A DNA stretch of 63,398 nucleotides, filler included, from Octopus bimaculoides (Eukaryota): assembly GCF_001194135.2 (NCBI RefSeq). It is 8 parts of 7 records of this genome, joined end to end, with 100 filler letters (N's around TTAATTAATTAA, not from the genome) between each part and the next. Parts side by side here need not be neighbours in the genome. Positions count along the whole stretch, not along the records: positions 1 to 10,036 come from NC_068982.1; positions 10,137 to 39,116 come from NC_069009.1; 6 more parts are not named here. One strand, 5' to 3'. A model generated the notes under the pieces. It was not told the DNA's origin. It searched no databases and was given only the letters and a program-made list of their open reading frames with translations. Position numbers and translations under genes: made by a program. Within the stretch, counting starts at the first letter, position 1. Every line of letters begins with the position of its first letter. Positions 1 to 12,753 of the stretch are shown here, one piece after another.

Positions 1-88
1 CTCTGGGTGAGACTTGGATCCAACTTGTACAAATGCAAAGCAAAAGTCAAACATAAAATAATAATAATAATAATAGTAATAGTAAGTA

Positions 89-134
<46 letters not shown>

Positions 135-135
135 T
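1..135 (+). mobile_element. Probable 3' UTR end of an R4/Dong-like LINE running into a (TAA)n array
   Basis: About 55 bp of unique sequence ends directly in (AAT)n at ~58-135, the same tail architecture as the R4-like copies at 42104 and 50850. No coding sequence is visible, so the family assignment is tentative. Confidence 0.35.
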
Positions 136-739
136 AATCCCTGCACGCTAGATAAGTACATAAGACCACTTACACAGAAAAATCTGTAGCATCAATCACA
201 TTATTAACTCTTAAACCTGTACTAAGGTTGATGCCACCAACAAGTGCAGAGGTACGGCAACTGTTGTACTCTGACTTGCACGCCTCTACCGTGGTTACAG
301 CTAGAAAGGACAGGAATACAGGAACTGCATTTTAGTGTGTGAACTATGATCTTATAGTTCGGCAGAGACATGGTATAACTGAAACATCGTATGACGAGCC
401 TTTGGGTCGCATTTCGTCGTTTCGCTGACTACATATGCTGTAGGGCTGCTCGAGCAGAGCTGACGCGAGGAATCATTTTTTTAATAATTTTAAAATAAGC
501 TTTTAGAAGATTTGATATTATGTCTATCAGCGAAACAAGAAGAAAGAAAGTTATATAAGACGTTCGTTGAAAGAAATTACACTCCTTTATAATGTTTTTC
601 CTAATCAAATAGAACTATTGATTAATTAAAATTATTGTAATCAATTCTTTTAAAGCTGCAATTTATTGAATAGTTAAATGGATAAGATAATGGATTACTA
701 ACTAAAGGGTCTCTAATTAGTATTTGTCAACAGTTCGGT

Positions 740-1190
740 CTAAATTGCTTTAAGTAGGTATCAGTATAAAATAATTCACTTTACTGTGTCCATGCTCAAA
801 ACACTTAACAGTCAGCAGTCTGTTTAGTTATAAGTAGGTACTACAGTGTGGTACGATTCACTGTACTGTCTCTACGCTAACAGTCCAGTCCATGTAACTC
901 TAGGTACCATGACTGGAATTGTTTACTGTAGTACCTATAACCAAGACATTTGTCAGCAGTCACTCTGCCAACCTCTAAACAGGTAAAAGTGTAGTACTAT
1001 GTCTGTGGAAAGATGCACCAAAATTCAAGTTTTTATAACTGTAGCTTTAAGTATGCATTATGGTTGGGTAGTTCACTGTATTGTATCCCTGATCATGATA
1101 TACTAAATGTTCAGTCAACATAGCTCTAAGTATCACAGTCGTTATATAGCTTCATAACTGTAAGTAGCAGTAGCACTGTAAAATTGACAA
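740..1190. repeat. Degenerate ~70-80 bp tandem repeat (~6 units)
   Basis: Recurring gct(t/c)taagtaggta-like motifs near 747, 827, 896, 975, 1044 and 1122, each followed by ttcactgta-like motifs. Confidence 0.5.
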
Positions 1191-1610
1191 GTGTTTTGAT
1201 AGCCGTGTTGTGTAATTTGATCTGAGTTGAAGTGGTTTTGAGGCTTTTATGAGAAAATCTCGTCTTTGCGATGCAATTATAGTTATGTTACATATGTGGG
1301 ATCGCTAAAGAAAGTTTATCAGACATTGCAAGGGATAGCATTTGTAACGACTTGGATACTTTTCTTTGCATGTTGTCCTAGACAGGATGTGAACTTGTGT
1401 CTTTGATATGAATAGCGAGTGTGTCTTCTTTTGTTCTGCAGTAAAATACAAAGATATATTAGATTGTCTTATCTTCATTAACAATGCTCTTAAGATCTCC
1501 ATTTTCAGAGGTAGTACATTCCTAGAGATACATTTCATTTCTAAATTCTGCAAGACAAGACACCTACAGTTATTATCTGTCAAGTTTCACAGTAAATTTA
1601 TGCATTTGGT

Positions 1611-1728
1611 TCACGCTGTTTGTCTCCTCACATGCTTGTTTTTCGTGTGTTCTGTACTGTGGTCATCTTCATCTCCGCCGCTGCTAATATTTGTTTGTTC
1701 GTCATCAACTCTGCGATTGAACGGCTTG
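1611..1728 (-). CDS. Candidate orphan terminal coding exon (KPFNRRVDDEQTNISSGGDEDDHSTEHTKNKHVRRQTA*)
   Basis: Minus strand reads ctgactgctatttttag| (branch-like plus AG), then a phase-2 open frame to TGA at 1611-1613. No recognisable domain. Confidence 0.25.
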
Positions 1729-2191
1729 CTAAAAATAGCAGTCAGATTTTCCTCCATTCATACTATCTGCTGTTTTAAAAGTGGAAGGGCAGCACTTTCT
1801 ACAATGTAGTCGTAGTATACAAAAAGACGGGATGGTCGCATCTTCTCTCCCTCTCACTCCCCTGTCTGTCTGTCTGTCTCTCGTTTTCTCTCCCCCTCCC
1901 CTTCCATGCAAGCGCGACGTTTGGTATTACTCAAGCATCGGTTTCTACTTGGACGAACGACGCGACGAAGTACAACCAAATAATTTGGGTGTTTTAATTG
2001 CTGTTCTTATTGTTGTGGCTATCATGGCTGTTATGGCTATATCCAGTTTCTCCTTCAACCATGACAGGCTTTTACACAAACAGACTTATACGTAGACACA
2101 AACACAAACACATACATGCGTGCGCACAAACACACATACAAGCGCGCACACGCACACACTTGCATGCATAAACATATCTCATTCTCTTCTG

Positions 2192-2223
<32 letters not shown>

Positions 2224-2489
2224 TCATTTAAAATGCAGAGATGCCTATAATAGGACATCTACTCGCTAGAAATAGCAGCAAAAGACTACATACCACAAAA
2301 GTTAGGGATAATTTCGAAAGGAAATGAAAAATAAAAACTTTTACCAATCTATATTCTGTACCATGGTTTCAAGTCAATTTTAGTAAGATAAAGATTATAT
2401 CTTACAAGGTCGGACTATCGTCAGCAGAAATGACCAGACAACATAGACCACTAGACCACTGGTGGTAAATAAAATTTCTAAAATTTTTT

Positions 2490-2507
2490 TTGCTACCCTA
2501 TAATTTA

Positions 2508-2561
<54 letters not shown>

Positions 2562-2780
2562 TACATACATACATACATACATACATACATACATACATAC
2601 ATACATACATACATACACAAACACACATACCTATATAAATTCATATATACATACAAATATACATATATGCATATAAGATATATATGTGTATCTATATTCA
2701 CGCGCGCACACACACACACACATCTCTGTGTATGTATACATGTATATAATATATATGATTATGAGAGAGAGAGAGAGGTG
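2490..2780. repeat. Compound microsatellite (TA)n(CA)n(TACA)n
   Basis: Directly visible. Confidence 0.95.
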
Positions 2781-3126
2781 AGTGAGTGTGTCATGATGGC
2801 TGACAAATAGATAGAATGAATTTAGAGAGAGATAGCTTGTTTGACACTGGAGAACATTTTGCATTGCAATTGAGGAATTTTTTGAGATTGTGAGAGTGAA
2901 TTGCATCAAATAATTAACAATCGTTTTTGCTGTTGTTCCAGATAGAAAGTTCAGAGCCTCCATCGTGAAGTTAAATTATGTAAATTATTCAGTTATTGAA
3001 AATATTACTGTAACAGTATTTTGAAACATAGGACAATATTGTTCTGTAGTAATAATAATTTTGGCAATACTTCGCCGGCTGCAAAGCAAAGTTTAATGAC
3101 TAAGGATAAAGAAAATTAAATATTAA

Positions 3127-3468
3127 GGCGGCGAGCTGGCAGAAACGTTAGCAGACCGGGCGAAATCCTCAGCGGTATTTCGTCTGCCGTTACGTTCTGA
3201 GTTCAAATTCCGCCGAGGTCGACTTTGCCTTTCATCCTTTCGGAGTCGATAAATTAAGTACCAGTTGCGTACTGAGGTCGGTCTAAAAATTTCGGACCTT
3301 GTGTCTAGAGTAGAAAAGATTATGTTGTAAGTTCAAATTCCGCCGAGTTTGACTTGACCATTCATCTTTTCGGGGGTTGATAAAATAAGTGCCAGTTGAA
3401 CGTTAGGGGTCGAAGTAATCGATTACTCACCCAAATTTCTGACTATGCGCCAAAATTTGAAAGCAATA
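3127..3468 (+). mobile_element. Two tandem copies of tRNA-derived SINE family A (second copy 5'-truncated)
   Basis: A-box-like gagctggcagaa, B-box-like gagttcaaattcc, then core gtcgactttgcctttcatcctttcgg(a/g)gtcgataaattaagtaccagtt. The same sequence recurs near 39560, 46300, 46540, 50390, 50630 and 58100. Confidence 0.85.
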
Positions 3469-3704
3469 TTAAAAGGATGGTTGTTAAGGGTATTGACTAC
3501 TTTTGCCACCAAAAAGTATATATTTCCTTATATGTAATTGTTCCTCTGTGTGCGCACGCGCATTGATGCTCCTACATTGTGTATAGCGTGTTTGTAGGGA
3601 TTTGCAAGTCTTCATTGACATCAAACACTTCCAATAGATCAAAACAGACTTCCAACTTTTTTTCCTTCAAATCGGGTGTCAGCTACCGAAGTACCCACAT
3701 AGAA

Positions 3705-4020
3705 GGCGCGTGGTTTAATGACTAGGGTACTGGGCTCACGATCGTAAGGTCGTGAGTTCGATTCCCGGTAGCACCTTGTGTCCTTGAGCAAGACTCTTTA
3801 TTTCTCGTTGCTCCAGTCCACTCAGCTAGCAAAAATTGAATAGTACCTGTAATTCAAAGGACCAGCGTTGTCACACTCTGTGTTATGATGATTCTCCCTG
3901 TGAACTACGTTAAAAGTATGCGTGTCTGTGGAGTGCTCAACCACTTGCACATTAATTTCACGAGCAAGTTCTTCCATTGGTCGAATCAACTAGAACACTC
4001 GTCGTCGTAACCGTCGGAAA
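3705..4020 (+). mobile_element. tRNA-derived SINE family E
   Basis: Head with gagttcgattccc B-box, CORE-like gtgtccttgagcaagac, and body matching copies at 10735-11105, 30680-31140 (-) and 60580-60860 (-). Confidence 0.8.
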
Positions 4021-4502
4021 ACCAGGCACCCACTTTGCATATTCTCCGATACTCAATGACTTCCACCACCTTCTGAAATACATTGTCATTATAGCTGAAT
4101 TCTACAGCAAGCTCACAGATTGTGACACGTTTGTCCACGCAAATCAGTTCGCCCACCCACTGTCGATTTATTTCAGTGGTCGTAGCTGATGGTCCACCAT
4201 TGCGTAGTCTGTCTTCAATGCTGTTTTTTCTTTTTCCTTATATTTCATTCCTCTATGCATATTGCCCTCGTCTATTGTCATCTCCTTAGACAACCTGTAA
4301 CCTTCTGCGGATGAGAAGCTACACCTCTCCGTCAAGGACTTAATGATAGCACGTTGCATCTCGCTTGGAACTCATTGTTTGCCTGCAATGAAGAAAAGCA
4401 GAAGAGTTACTAGAGAGGATGTTGTACTCTCCCAACGACCAATGTCAGATCATAAAAAAAAGTCGTGCCCACTTTTACATTACTATCAGGACAACCCTCG
4501 TA
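4021..4502 (-). mobile_element. Mariner transposon 5' fragment (TIR plus degenerate N-terminal HTH region of transposase)
   Basis: Minus strand starts TA|CGAGGGTTGTCCTGATAGTAATG, a mariner-type TIR. It encodes QRAIIKSLT... and ends ...AKWVP, matching the mariner N-terminus and WVP linker, with stops and frameshifts. Confidence 0.8.
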
Positions 4503-5514
4503 CGCACACACATATACACATGTATGTATGTATGTATGTATGTATGTATGCATGTATGTATGTATGTGTGGATGGCAGATCCAGTAGCACATCGAAAAAA
4601 ACAAAAAAACAAACGTATTTAGTTGCAATTATTTACTTTTCAAGTAAGCTCAAATCGGAGATCAACTTTATCATTCAACCTTCCAGAGTTGATAAAATAA
4701 AGGACTAGTTATGTGCTAGGTTGATCTAATCGGCTGTTTCCACCCACAGCATTTTGCCTTCTGCCTGATTAGCTCAAAGCCACCGATGTTAGCAGTGAGG
4801 TGAACACTTGATTAACTCGACTTTCTCTACCTATTTAATCAAGCATGGAGAGATGAAAGACAGGTTGAGCCTGATAGAATTTGAACTATCAACGTGTAAC
4901 CAAATACAAGGCATTGTGTCCGACTTCGTGTTGTATCCTGTCACTCACCAGCCTTGTAATGATAATATTGATAACTGATGTGTTTTTTGCATGACTCGTA
5001 CGTTTTTCAAAGTAATATTGTGGAAGAAGCAAGGAAATACTGACTCCTTTTTGTAATAATGAGATGTTTTATAGGAAACCGACATATTTTCAGGTGATGA
5101 AATATTTTACAAGACAAGTGTATCATTATTTCAATATTTATTCAACAGTTGTAAACTTCACATTTATCAATGCCTAATGAAAACCAGTGTTTTCGCTTGA
5201 TAATCTCCTAAGCATCAGAATGTCAAGAAAAAAAATATAAATAAATAAAAGTACTCTTGATCTTCGATATTAAAGTAGGAGGTTGCGTTCACGTGACATT
5301 ATAAATAAGGTTAAAAACCACTAAAAATGAATAAATTTACAAAAAAATGGAGTTAAACAGTATAGTCGTCTATTGGTGAAAGAGTTTATTAGTTTCATTT
5401 GTTCAGTTTCGTACTTTTAGGTTAGTTATACCTTGTATAACTACTTTTGGACCCTGTCGTCTGCTGCATTTTAATGAATTTTTGTTTTGCATTCTTTCGT
5501 GCTATCTTGAGCTA

Positions 5515-5515
5515 C

Positions 5516-5572
<57 letters not shown>

Positions 5573-5610
5573 CGGCAGCAGCAGTAGTAGTAGCGACAGC
5601 TGTAGTAGTT
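5515..5610. repeat. (TAG)n / (GTA)n microsatellite
   Basis: Directly visible. Confidence 0.9.
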
Positions 5611-6354
5611 GTTACTTGGCCCCAGGTCAGTCCTTATCCAGCAGAGTTATGATCAAAGACATTCCAGCTGTTACCATCCAGTATTTAATTTAAAACAGTA
5701 TGCATTCAAGATCTCATCATGCAATCTATTCCGTTCCAGACGATAAGGTGTGAGAGAGATTTAACTGCTATTTCTATCAGGGCTAGTGAGTTACTGGAAG
5801 TAAAAATTGAATAGCTTATGGAACTGAAAAAAATTTCCAAAGAATATTGGTTCTGTCAGCATGTCTGCTAATACGCTGTGCTGTGTACGTTTCCACTAAT
5901 AACATATCAGTGGGGATACCGAATCATCGAAGAGAAATAACAGGGGGAACGTCATTTTTATGATTTTTGTCTGTAAACTTGTGTTCTCCTGGTCTTCTTT
6001 AAACAAATTCTTCTCTGAATCAAGCTTCTAATAGAGATGCTCTAATCTTCTTCACTGGATATGAATGCGACAAATGAGTTGATATCCACTTGTACTGGGG
6101 ATTTTAATATTGAGTAAAACAAGAGGAATAATTACATAGCACCGAAACTGGATGGTAATAGTTCTCAGTTGAAGATTGCAGTGGCGTGAAATTCGAGTCG
6201 CGAGGTAAACATTTAGTTGTAGAGTGTCAACAACTCTACAACATTTATTGAGCACTCCTCACGCTCATTCGACGCAGTATAACGTCCGTCTACATACACA
6301 CACGTATATACGTACGTATTATGTTGGTAGGTAGGTACATATCTGTGTGTGTGT

Positions 6355-6408
<54 letters not shown>

Positions 6409-6585
6409 AGAGAAATAGGAGAGTATATTAGTGTGTGTTTGTGTTTTGTGACTATGTATGTTATATATGTACACATTGGAAAGGAGCATTTGCAGAGTAA
6501 AACGTGAAATCATTTGGCATATTTTCTTTCTGTAAATACTACCTTTTATGCCTAATAGGAATTTATCACACACATACAGACATTA

Positions 6586-6623
<38 letters not shown>

Positions 6624-7095
6624 TTATCTTTCCATTGTTGAAATAAGTCTGTGATGGACTGGCCTGATGATGTGATATAAAATAATACGCGCCGTTTAGG
6701 TAGTTATGGAGGTGTAGTGGTTGGTGTGTTGGCGGGTCGAAACGTACTCAACGAGACCGTAGTGGTGGCGGCGTTTACGAGTTGTGACAAAGGCAATGCT
6801 AGCAGTGATGTTAGTTTTCGATGTCGTGGTATACCTCTGTCATAAATCAAGTGTTGAGTAAGTTGGACGGGTGGGTAAGGCAGTTTCGAGTATATTTGAA
6901 GGGTTGGGGGAAGATTTTATTGCGTTTAAAGAAAGGCCTATAAGGAGGAGCTGTAGACATAGGGGTCAAGGGATAAATGAATAGCTGGCTAGGCGGGCTG
7001 TTTGTTAGATACACATGTAGAAAGGTAAGTAGATAGACGTACACAATCACACAGTTACTAGACGTGTATATGTGTGTTTTGTGTAGTGTGCACGA

Positions 7096-7135
<40 letters not shown>

Positions 7136-7401
7136 TTAAGGTAAATTGAAGACCAGACTGACATGGCGGTTCACAGAAAGCAGGAAGCAGACATTACTCT
7201 CTAGGTATCTCAGCTATAACACGCCTATATACAACTGCGACGTATACCTATGGCTTGCTTCGTAGGGGGCCATAGAATTGCGTATTGAGATTACATGGGA
7301 TTATGCACACCCATACATTACACACACATACATGGCTATCTTTCGATAACCGTACACGAAAAATGAAACTATTCGGTAATTTCCATAAATCTTTTTTTCC
7401 A

Positions 7402-7760
7402 TTACCACCGCCTTCCGTCGTAGTGAAGGCGGAGATATTGTTTCCAGTCGTGTTTGTTTGTCTGTCTGTGGACAAGATATCTCAAGAACCGCTGGATGGA
7501 TTCTGATGAAACTTTCAGGGATGTTTGGCCTCACGACTAGCATGAACTGATTAGATTGTTGAATCGATCCGATACCGGACAAGGATTCTGGGTTATTTGT
7601 TATATTTACTTCACATGAAGTATTACGATCTTACGTTCACTTTCAAGACTTTCTCTGATTATCTCCCTTGAAAGCACGCTCATGGTTTCCACGTAAGTTA
7701 TGGTAGCAACTTTTATTTTCGTTTCCCTATTATTAATTTTACTCGCGTCTCTATCTTAGT
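7402..7760 (+). mobile_element. Non-autonomous Helentron/HINE (DINE-1-like) element
   Basis: 5' ttaccaccgccttc...gaaggcgg hairpin (7408-7432), a gtttgtttgtctgtctgt microsatellite, then gatggattctgatgaaactttcaggg. This is the typical HINE layout. Confidence 0.6.
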
Positions 7761-8032
7761 AGAAACTGAAGGATAAAGAAATCAAACTACATAAACAAAC
7801 GGCAGCAAAACTGTTCAGAAATTAAATAACACTAAGTTTTACCAATTTTGAATATATCGCTCCTGTTTAAAACCTCTTACCTACTTGACAATTGCATTTC
7901 TAGCTCNNNNNNNNNNNNNNNNNNNNNNNNNNNNNNNNNNNNNNNNNNNNNNNNNNNNNNNNNNNNNNNNNNNNNNNNNNNNNNNNNNNNNNNNNNNNNN
8001 NNNNNNNNNNNNNNNNNNNNNNNNNNNNNNNN

Positions 8033-8460
8033 AACCTCCGTTAACAGCACCGTATGCAGATCCTTTCCGTTTTCTTTCACGCACTGATGAATTTTTCACT
8101 ATAGACCTTAATGGTCGTAAAGACACTATACCAGTAGATAGACTAAAAAAGGCCTTCATAGAAAGCCAACCAGTTCCAGCCTTTATATACCACTAGGATG
8201 CACTTAATGATAGGTCTGTACGTTCAGGGTTGACCTGGAACTAAATAAAAACAAAAACCACAATACATGCAGCATATTCCTTTATCGGTTTCAGTTACTG
8301 TATTGTGTCTATGGCGAGTTAATTTGGGTGGTGGACTTAATTCACCACCCAGTTTATCACCAACCATCTGGTCCTTAAGTACCGTCAACGAAATTCTCTC
8401 TGTCGTAAGGTAAACTATGTTACTCTCTTTCATCGACCAGTCTTGAAGATCAATATTTTA
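8033..8460 (+). mobile_element. Ty3/gypsy integrase C-terminal fragment
   Basis: PPLTAPYADPFRFLSRTDEFFTIDLNGRKDTIPVDRLKKAF matches the GPY/F module (P..PPY.GP..V..R.DK.FT....G....VS.DRLKPA). Confidence 0.85.
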
Positions 8461-9019
8461 GTTAGAAAAAGAAGGATGCTGTCATTTTTTTGTCGAAAGT
8501 GTTAATTGCTATGCTTTTTTATGTATCAATCCCTGTACTTATTGATCTCTGAAGGTTGACCTCAGCATGCTTTCATTTATTAAAACATAAAAATTTACAT
8601 TTTACTATTAATTACAGCCAATAATTACTTCGTCTTGTATAATGTCCTGTGTCCAGTTTCTTGGGACACAGCAGTTATTGAACTGAAAATGAAAAGGATT
8701 GTAATCAAATATCGCAAGATATACTGTTTGGCACTCTACTGAATTTGAATTTCAGCACGCCATTAAAATTTTTAGAAAAATCTATCAAAACTGAGATTTG
8801 AACTCTCGTCTACATTCGTGGATCAGAACAGTTCTATTTCTTAGACTTAGTCTGGTGCCTTACACCCCTCGACAATCCTGACTGCTCCTCTCTCTCTCTC
8901 TCTCTCTCTCTTCCTCCCATCCTTCTCTTACTTTCTCCCAGCCTCTCTCTGTGAATATATATTTATATACCACCAGCACCACAGTAACTGCAAACACTTC
9001 ATTACAATAACTATACCAC

Positions 9020-9105
9020 TACCACCACAGTTCAACAACAAACACTTCTCCAATGCCACTGTAACAACCATCAATCACCATTGTAAACACCATTAATCAC
9101 CTTTC

Positions 9106-9139
<34 letters not shown>

Positions 9140-9350
9140 AACTACTACAAATGTTGCTGTAATTAATACCGCTATCAACACCACTACTACGACCACCACA
9201 AAACTACCATCACAAGTAGTCCGGCCTTCCCCTTCACTACCAACCTATCACCAGAATTTCAACAACCAACACCAGTAACACTACACCGTCACCTTCGTCT
9301 ACTCCTACATCCCCAACAACCAACATACAAGTTAGACAACAAACACAACC
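9020..9350. repeat. Low-complexity (CAC/AAC/ACT)n tract
   Basis: Directly visible. Confidence 0.8.
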
Positions 9351-9979
9351 ACTTCACCGTTATGAGACATTGTAAAAAATCTCATTAGTTGCGGCTGTTT
9401 TCAACTAGTGAGAGAACAGCATGGATAAATAAGGCAATCAGATTTGGAACAAGTTTAAATATAACACTTATTTTTAATTAGTCCTTTAAACCAAATCTCT
9501 TTTAACTATTGTTATTTTTAAGGTAACCTCCTGCATCACACGTGCAGTTGAGGAAATTTTGTAGTTCTGTTCGTTAATTGTTCTTAAATATTCGCCCCTT
9601 TTTCTTCTTGCTTCAGTGTATCTCCTTATCTAAATATGGTGACAGCTTGTGTTGAGTCGTATACCCCGCTCCTATCTCCATATGACGAGTAACAGTCTTA
9701 TAGTTGATTTTAAATTTCTTTACTACGCCGGATGGAAAGTAATATTATTCTACAAGGTAGTAAAAATACACTTAAACACTTAGACACAAGAATAATGATA
9801 AGGATTATCTTTGTTGATATGTTTTTGTGTGTAATCAAGTACTCCATAAATCTCATTTAACCTGGTTTCATGATGGGGTTTGGGTTGATATCTGCGATCT
9901 TCAGAATATCTATGAGCTTCTGAAGATTTTTCTGAAACATTGATATACATTTATTGAATTAGTTACCACAAATACATGT

Positions 9980-10036
<57 letters not shown>

Positions 10037-10137
10037 NNNNNNNNNNNNNNNNNNNNNNNNNNNNNNNNNNNNNNNNNNNNTTAATTAATTAANNNNNNNN
10101 NNNNNNNNNNNNNNNNNNNNNNNNNNNNNNNNNNNNA

Positions 10138-10322
10138 ACATCGCTTGACAACCGATGCTGGTGTGTTTACGTCCCCGTAACTTAGCGATTTGGCAAAAGA
10201 GACCAATAGAATAAGTACTAGGTTTCCAAAGAATAAGTCCTGGGGTCGATTTGCTCGACTAAAGGCGGTGCTCCAGCATGGCCGCAGTCAAATGACTGAA
10301 ACAAGTAAAAGAGTAAAGAGAG
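10138..10322 (+). mobile_element. SINE family B (3' module of composite C-microsatellite-B SINE)
   Basis: gatgctggtgtgtttacgtccccgtaacttagc...gtcgatttgctcgactaaaggcggtgctccagcatggccgcagtc, which also occurs at 32925, 41590 (-), 48120 (-) and 63160 (-). Confidence 0.85.
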
Positions 10323-10734
10323 TATTGACTCTTTGTTCCTGTCCATGACAAAAATCGTACAGCATACATGTGATCACAAAAACACAAATTTCACAATGTA
10401 CGAAATAAACATAGCAATGCAACTCAACACACTGCCTCATGAAGGTCACTGCTTTCACTGCACACACAACTGTGTGCTACCATCTGTTGGCACCTTTTTG
10501 ATACCTCATAGTTGCAACATAGATACTCATCTTTCTATCTTAACTATTGAAAATCAGTGAAATTTGTGAAACCGGCTAAGTCCTTTAAAAATTTAAAAAT
10601 AAAAAGTCTAAATGAATTCAAGTGCATTTTCAACTTCTATTTTTTATATTATAGCAAAAACAGCTGTAAGCTAATGAAGCTCATAACAATTTATTCTTCC
10701 CTTGGAATTTTAATTTCTTATTACTACTCTGTAC

Positions 10735-11105
10735 TCAGTGGAGGCTCAATGGCCCAGTGGTTAGGGCAGCGGACTCGCGGTTTCGATTCCCAGACCGGGC
10801 GTTGTGTGTGTTTATTGAGCGAAAACACCTAAATCTCCACTAGGCTCCGGCAGGGAATGGTGGCGAACCCTGTTGTACGCTTTCACCACAAATTTCTCTT
10901 ATTCTTACTTCCTGTTTCTGTTGTGCCTGTATTTCAAAGGGTCAGCCTTGTCACACAGTGTCACGCTGAATATCTCCGAGAACTACGTTACGGGTACACG
11001 TGTCTGTGGAATGCTCAGCCATTTGCACATTAATTTCACGAGCAGGCTGTTCCGTTGATCGGATCAACTGGAACCCTCGACGTCATAAGCGACGGAGTGC
11101 CAACA
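10735..11105 (+). mobile_element. tRNA-derived SINE family E
   Basis: A-box tggcccagtgg, B-box ggtttcgattccc, body shared with the 3705 copy. Confidence 0.8.
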
Positions 11106-12061
11106 ACAACAACAACTGATGCTTTGTTCTAAAACCACATAAAAAATCAATGGTGCTGGTGCTATGTAAAAATCACTGGTGATGGTAGAACATAAAAGGC
11201 ACCCTGTACACTCAATAAAGCATTTGGCATTAAGAAGGGCATCCAACTGTAGAAGCCAAGTTAATACAGACCATGGAATGTGGCGAAGCCCTTCACCTTA
11301 CCAGCTCCTCAGCATGGAAAATGGATATTAAATGATAATAACAATGTCCAAGTTCAAACAATACACTGTGTGAGAAAATGTCACTTTCTGAAGCAATAGT
11401 CAACCCAAACCTTTGAATGGAATTAGATGAATAAAAACTGAATAGAAGCTCCTATCCGATAGGCTGTACCTGTAGTTCAAAAACACTGCATCACGATGGT
11501 TCTGCAGAGGAATTATGTTAAGGATACATGTGCCAGTGAAGTAGAAGGTTCAGCTATTTACATGTTAATTCAGGAGGAGATAATTTAGTTAAATGAACTG
11601 AATCCTTATTCTTGAACTACAGGGATCCCTCGATCTTATCTATCTATACACACACACACACCTAAAAAAAACATAGGTAGAATACAATAGTTGATGAATG
11701 GTGTCACATGCATGAATTGGAAATCAGGTAACTTCATACCCAGTATTTACCAGGAAAAAGTACTGTGAAAAAAAAAAATATATATATATAGTTTGAATTT
11801 ACAGAAAAGAGAAGACGAAGATAGGTGGAAGAACAACAAATAAGTGTATTAGTCTGATGCTCAAAAGTCTTTGACATTTTGAGTCTATGCTCTGCAACAA
11901 AAAAGATTGAGAGGAAAAAAATGGAGAGAGAGATTGAAAAAAAAAAAACAGAGAAAAAATGTGTAGGGATTAATGGTTCAACAAGATGAAAAATCTTTAA
12001 TATACATATAGATATATCAAATAAAAGGAGGTAGTCATCATTTGGATGAGATTTAGTGCTT

Positions 12062-12149
12062 TCATCATCATCATCATCATCGTCGTCGTTTAACGTCCGC
12101 TTTCCATGCTAGCATGGGTTGGACGATTTGACTGAGGACTGGTGAAACC
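12062..12149 (-). mobile_element. 3' end of SINE family D (RTE-type tail), cut by a gap
   Basis: Reverse complement of ...aacccatgctagcatggaaagcggacgttaaacgacgatgatg. Confidence 0.8.
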
Positions 12150-12753
12150 NNNNNNNNNNNNNNNNNNNNNNNNNNNNNNNNNNNNNNNNNNNNNNNNNNN
12201 NNNNNNNNNNNNNNNNNNNNNNNNNNNNNNNNNNNNNNNNNNNNNNNNNNNNNNNNNNNNNNNNNNNNNNNNNNNNNNNNNNNNNNNNNNNNNNNNNNNN
12301 NNNNNNNNNNNNNNNNNNNNNNNNNNNNNNNNNNNNNNNNNNNNNNNNNNNNNNNNNNNNNNNNNNNNNNNNNNNNNNNNNNNNNNNNNNNNNNNNNNNN
12401 NNNNNNNNNNNNNNNNNNNNNNNNNNNNNNNNNNNNNNNNNNNNNNNNNNNNNNNNNNNNNNNNNNNNNNNNNNNNNNNNNNNNNNNNNNNNNNNNNNNN
12501 NNNNNNNNNNNNNNNNNNNNNNNNNNNNNNNNNNNNNNNNNNNNNNNNNNNNNNNNNNNNNNNNNNNNNNNNNNNNNNNNNNNNNNNNNNNNNNNNNNNN
12601 NNNNNNNNNNNNNNNNNNNNNNNNNNNNNNNNNNNNNNNNNNNNNNNNNNNNNNNNNNNNNNNNNNNNNNNNNNNNNNNNNNNNNNNNNNNNNNNNNNNN
12701 NNNNNNNNNNNNNNNNNNNNNNNNNNNNNNNNNNNNNNNNNNNNNNNNNNNNN

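Noticed and set aside
9850-9940. CTGAAGA...GAAA motifs on both strands
   Set aside because: No stem II and at most 2 bp of stem I.
10081-10092. TTAATTAATTAA islands inside N runs (also ~39161, 41944, 51202, 54913, 59706, 62211)
   Set aside because: An identical 12-mer centred in gaps, giving stops in all frames. This is an assembly pad, not biology.
12128-12149. CTGAGGA-ctggt-GAAA in the antisense of SINE D
   Set aside because: No stem II and no UH cleavage site; coincidental.
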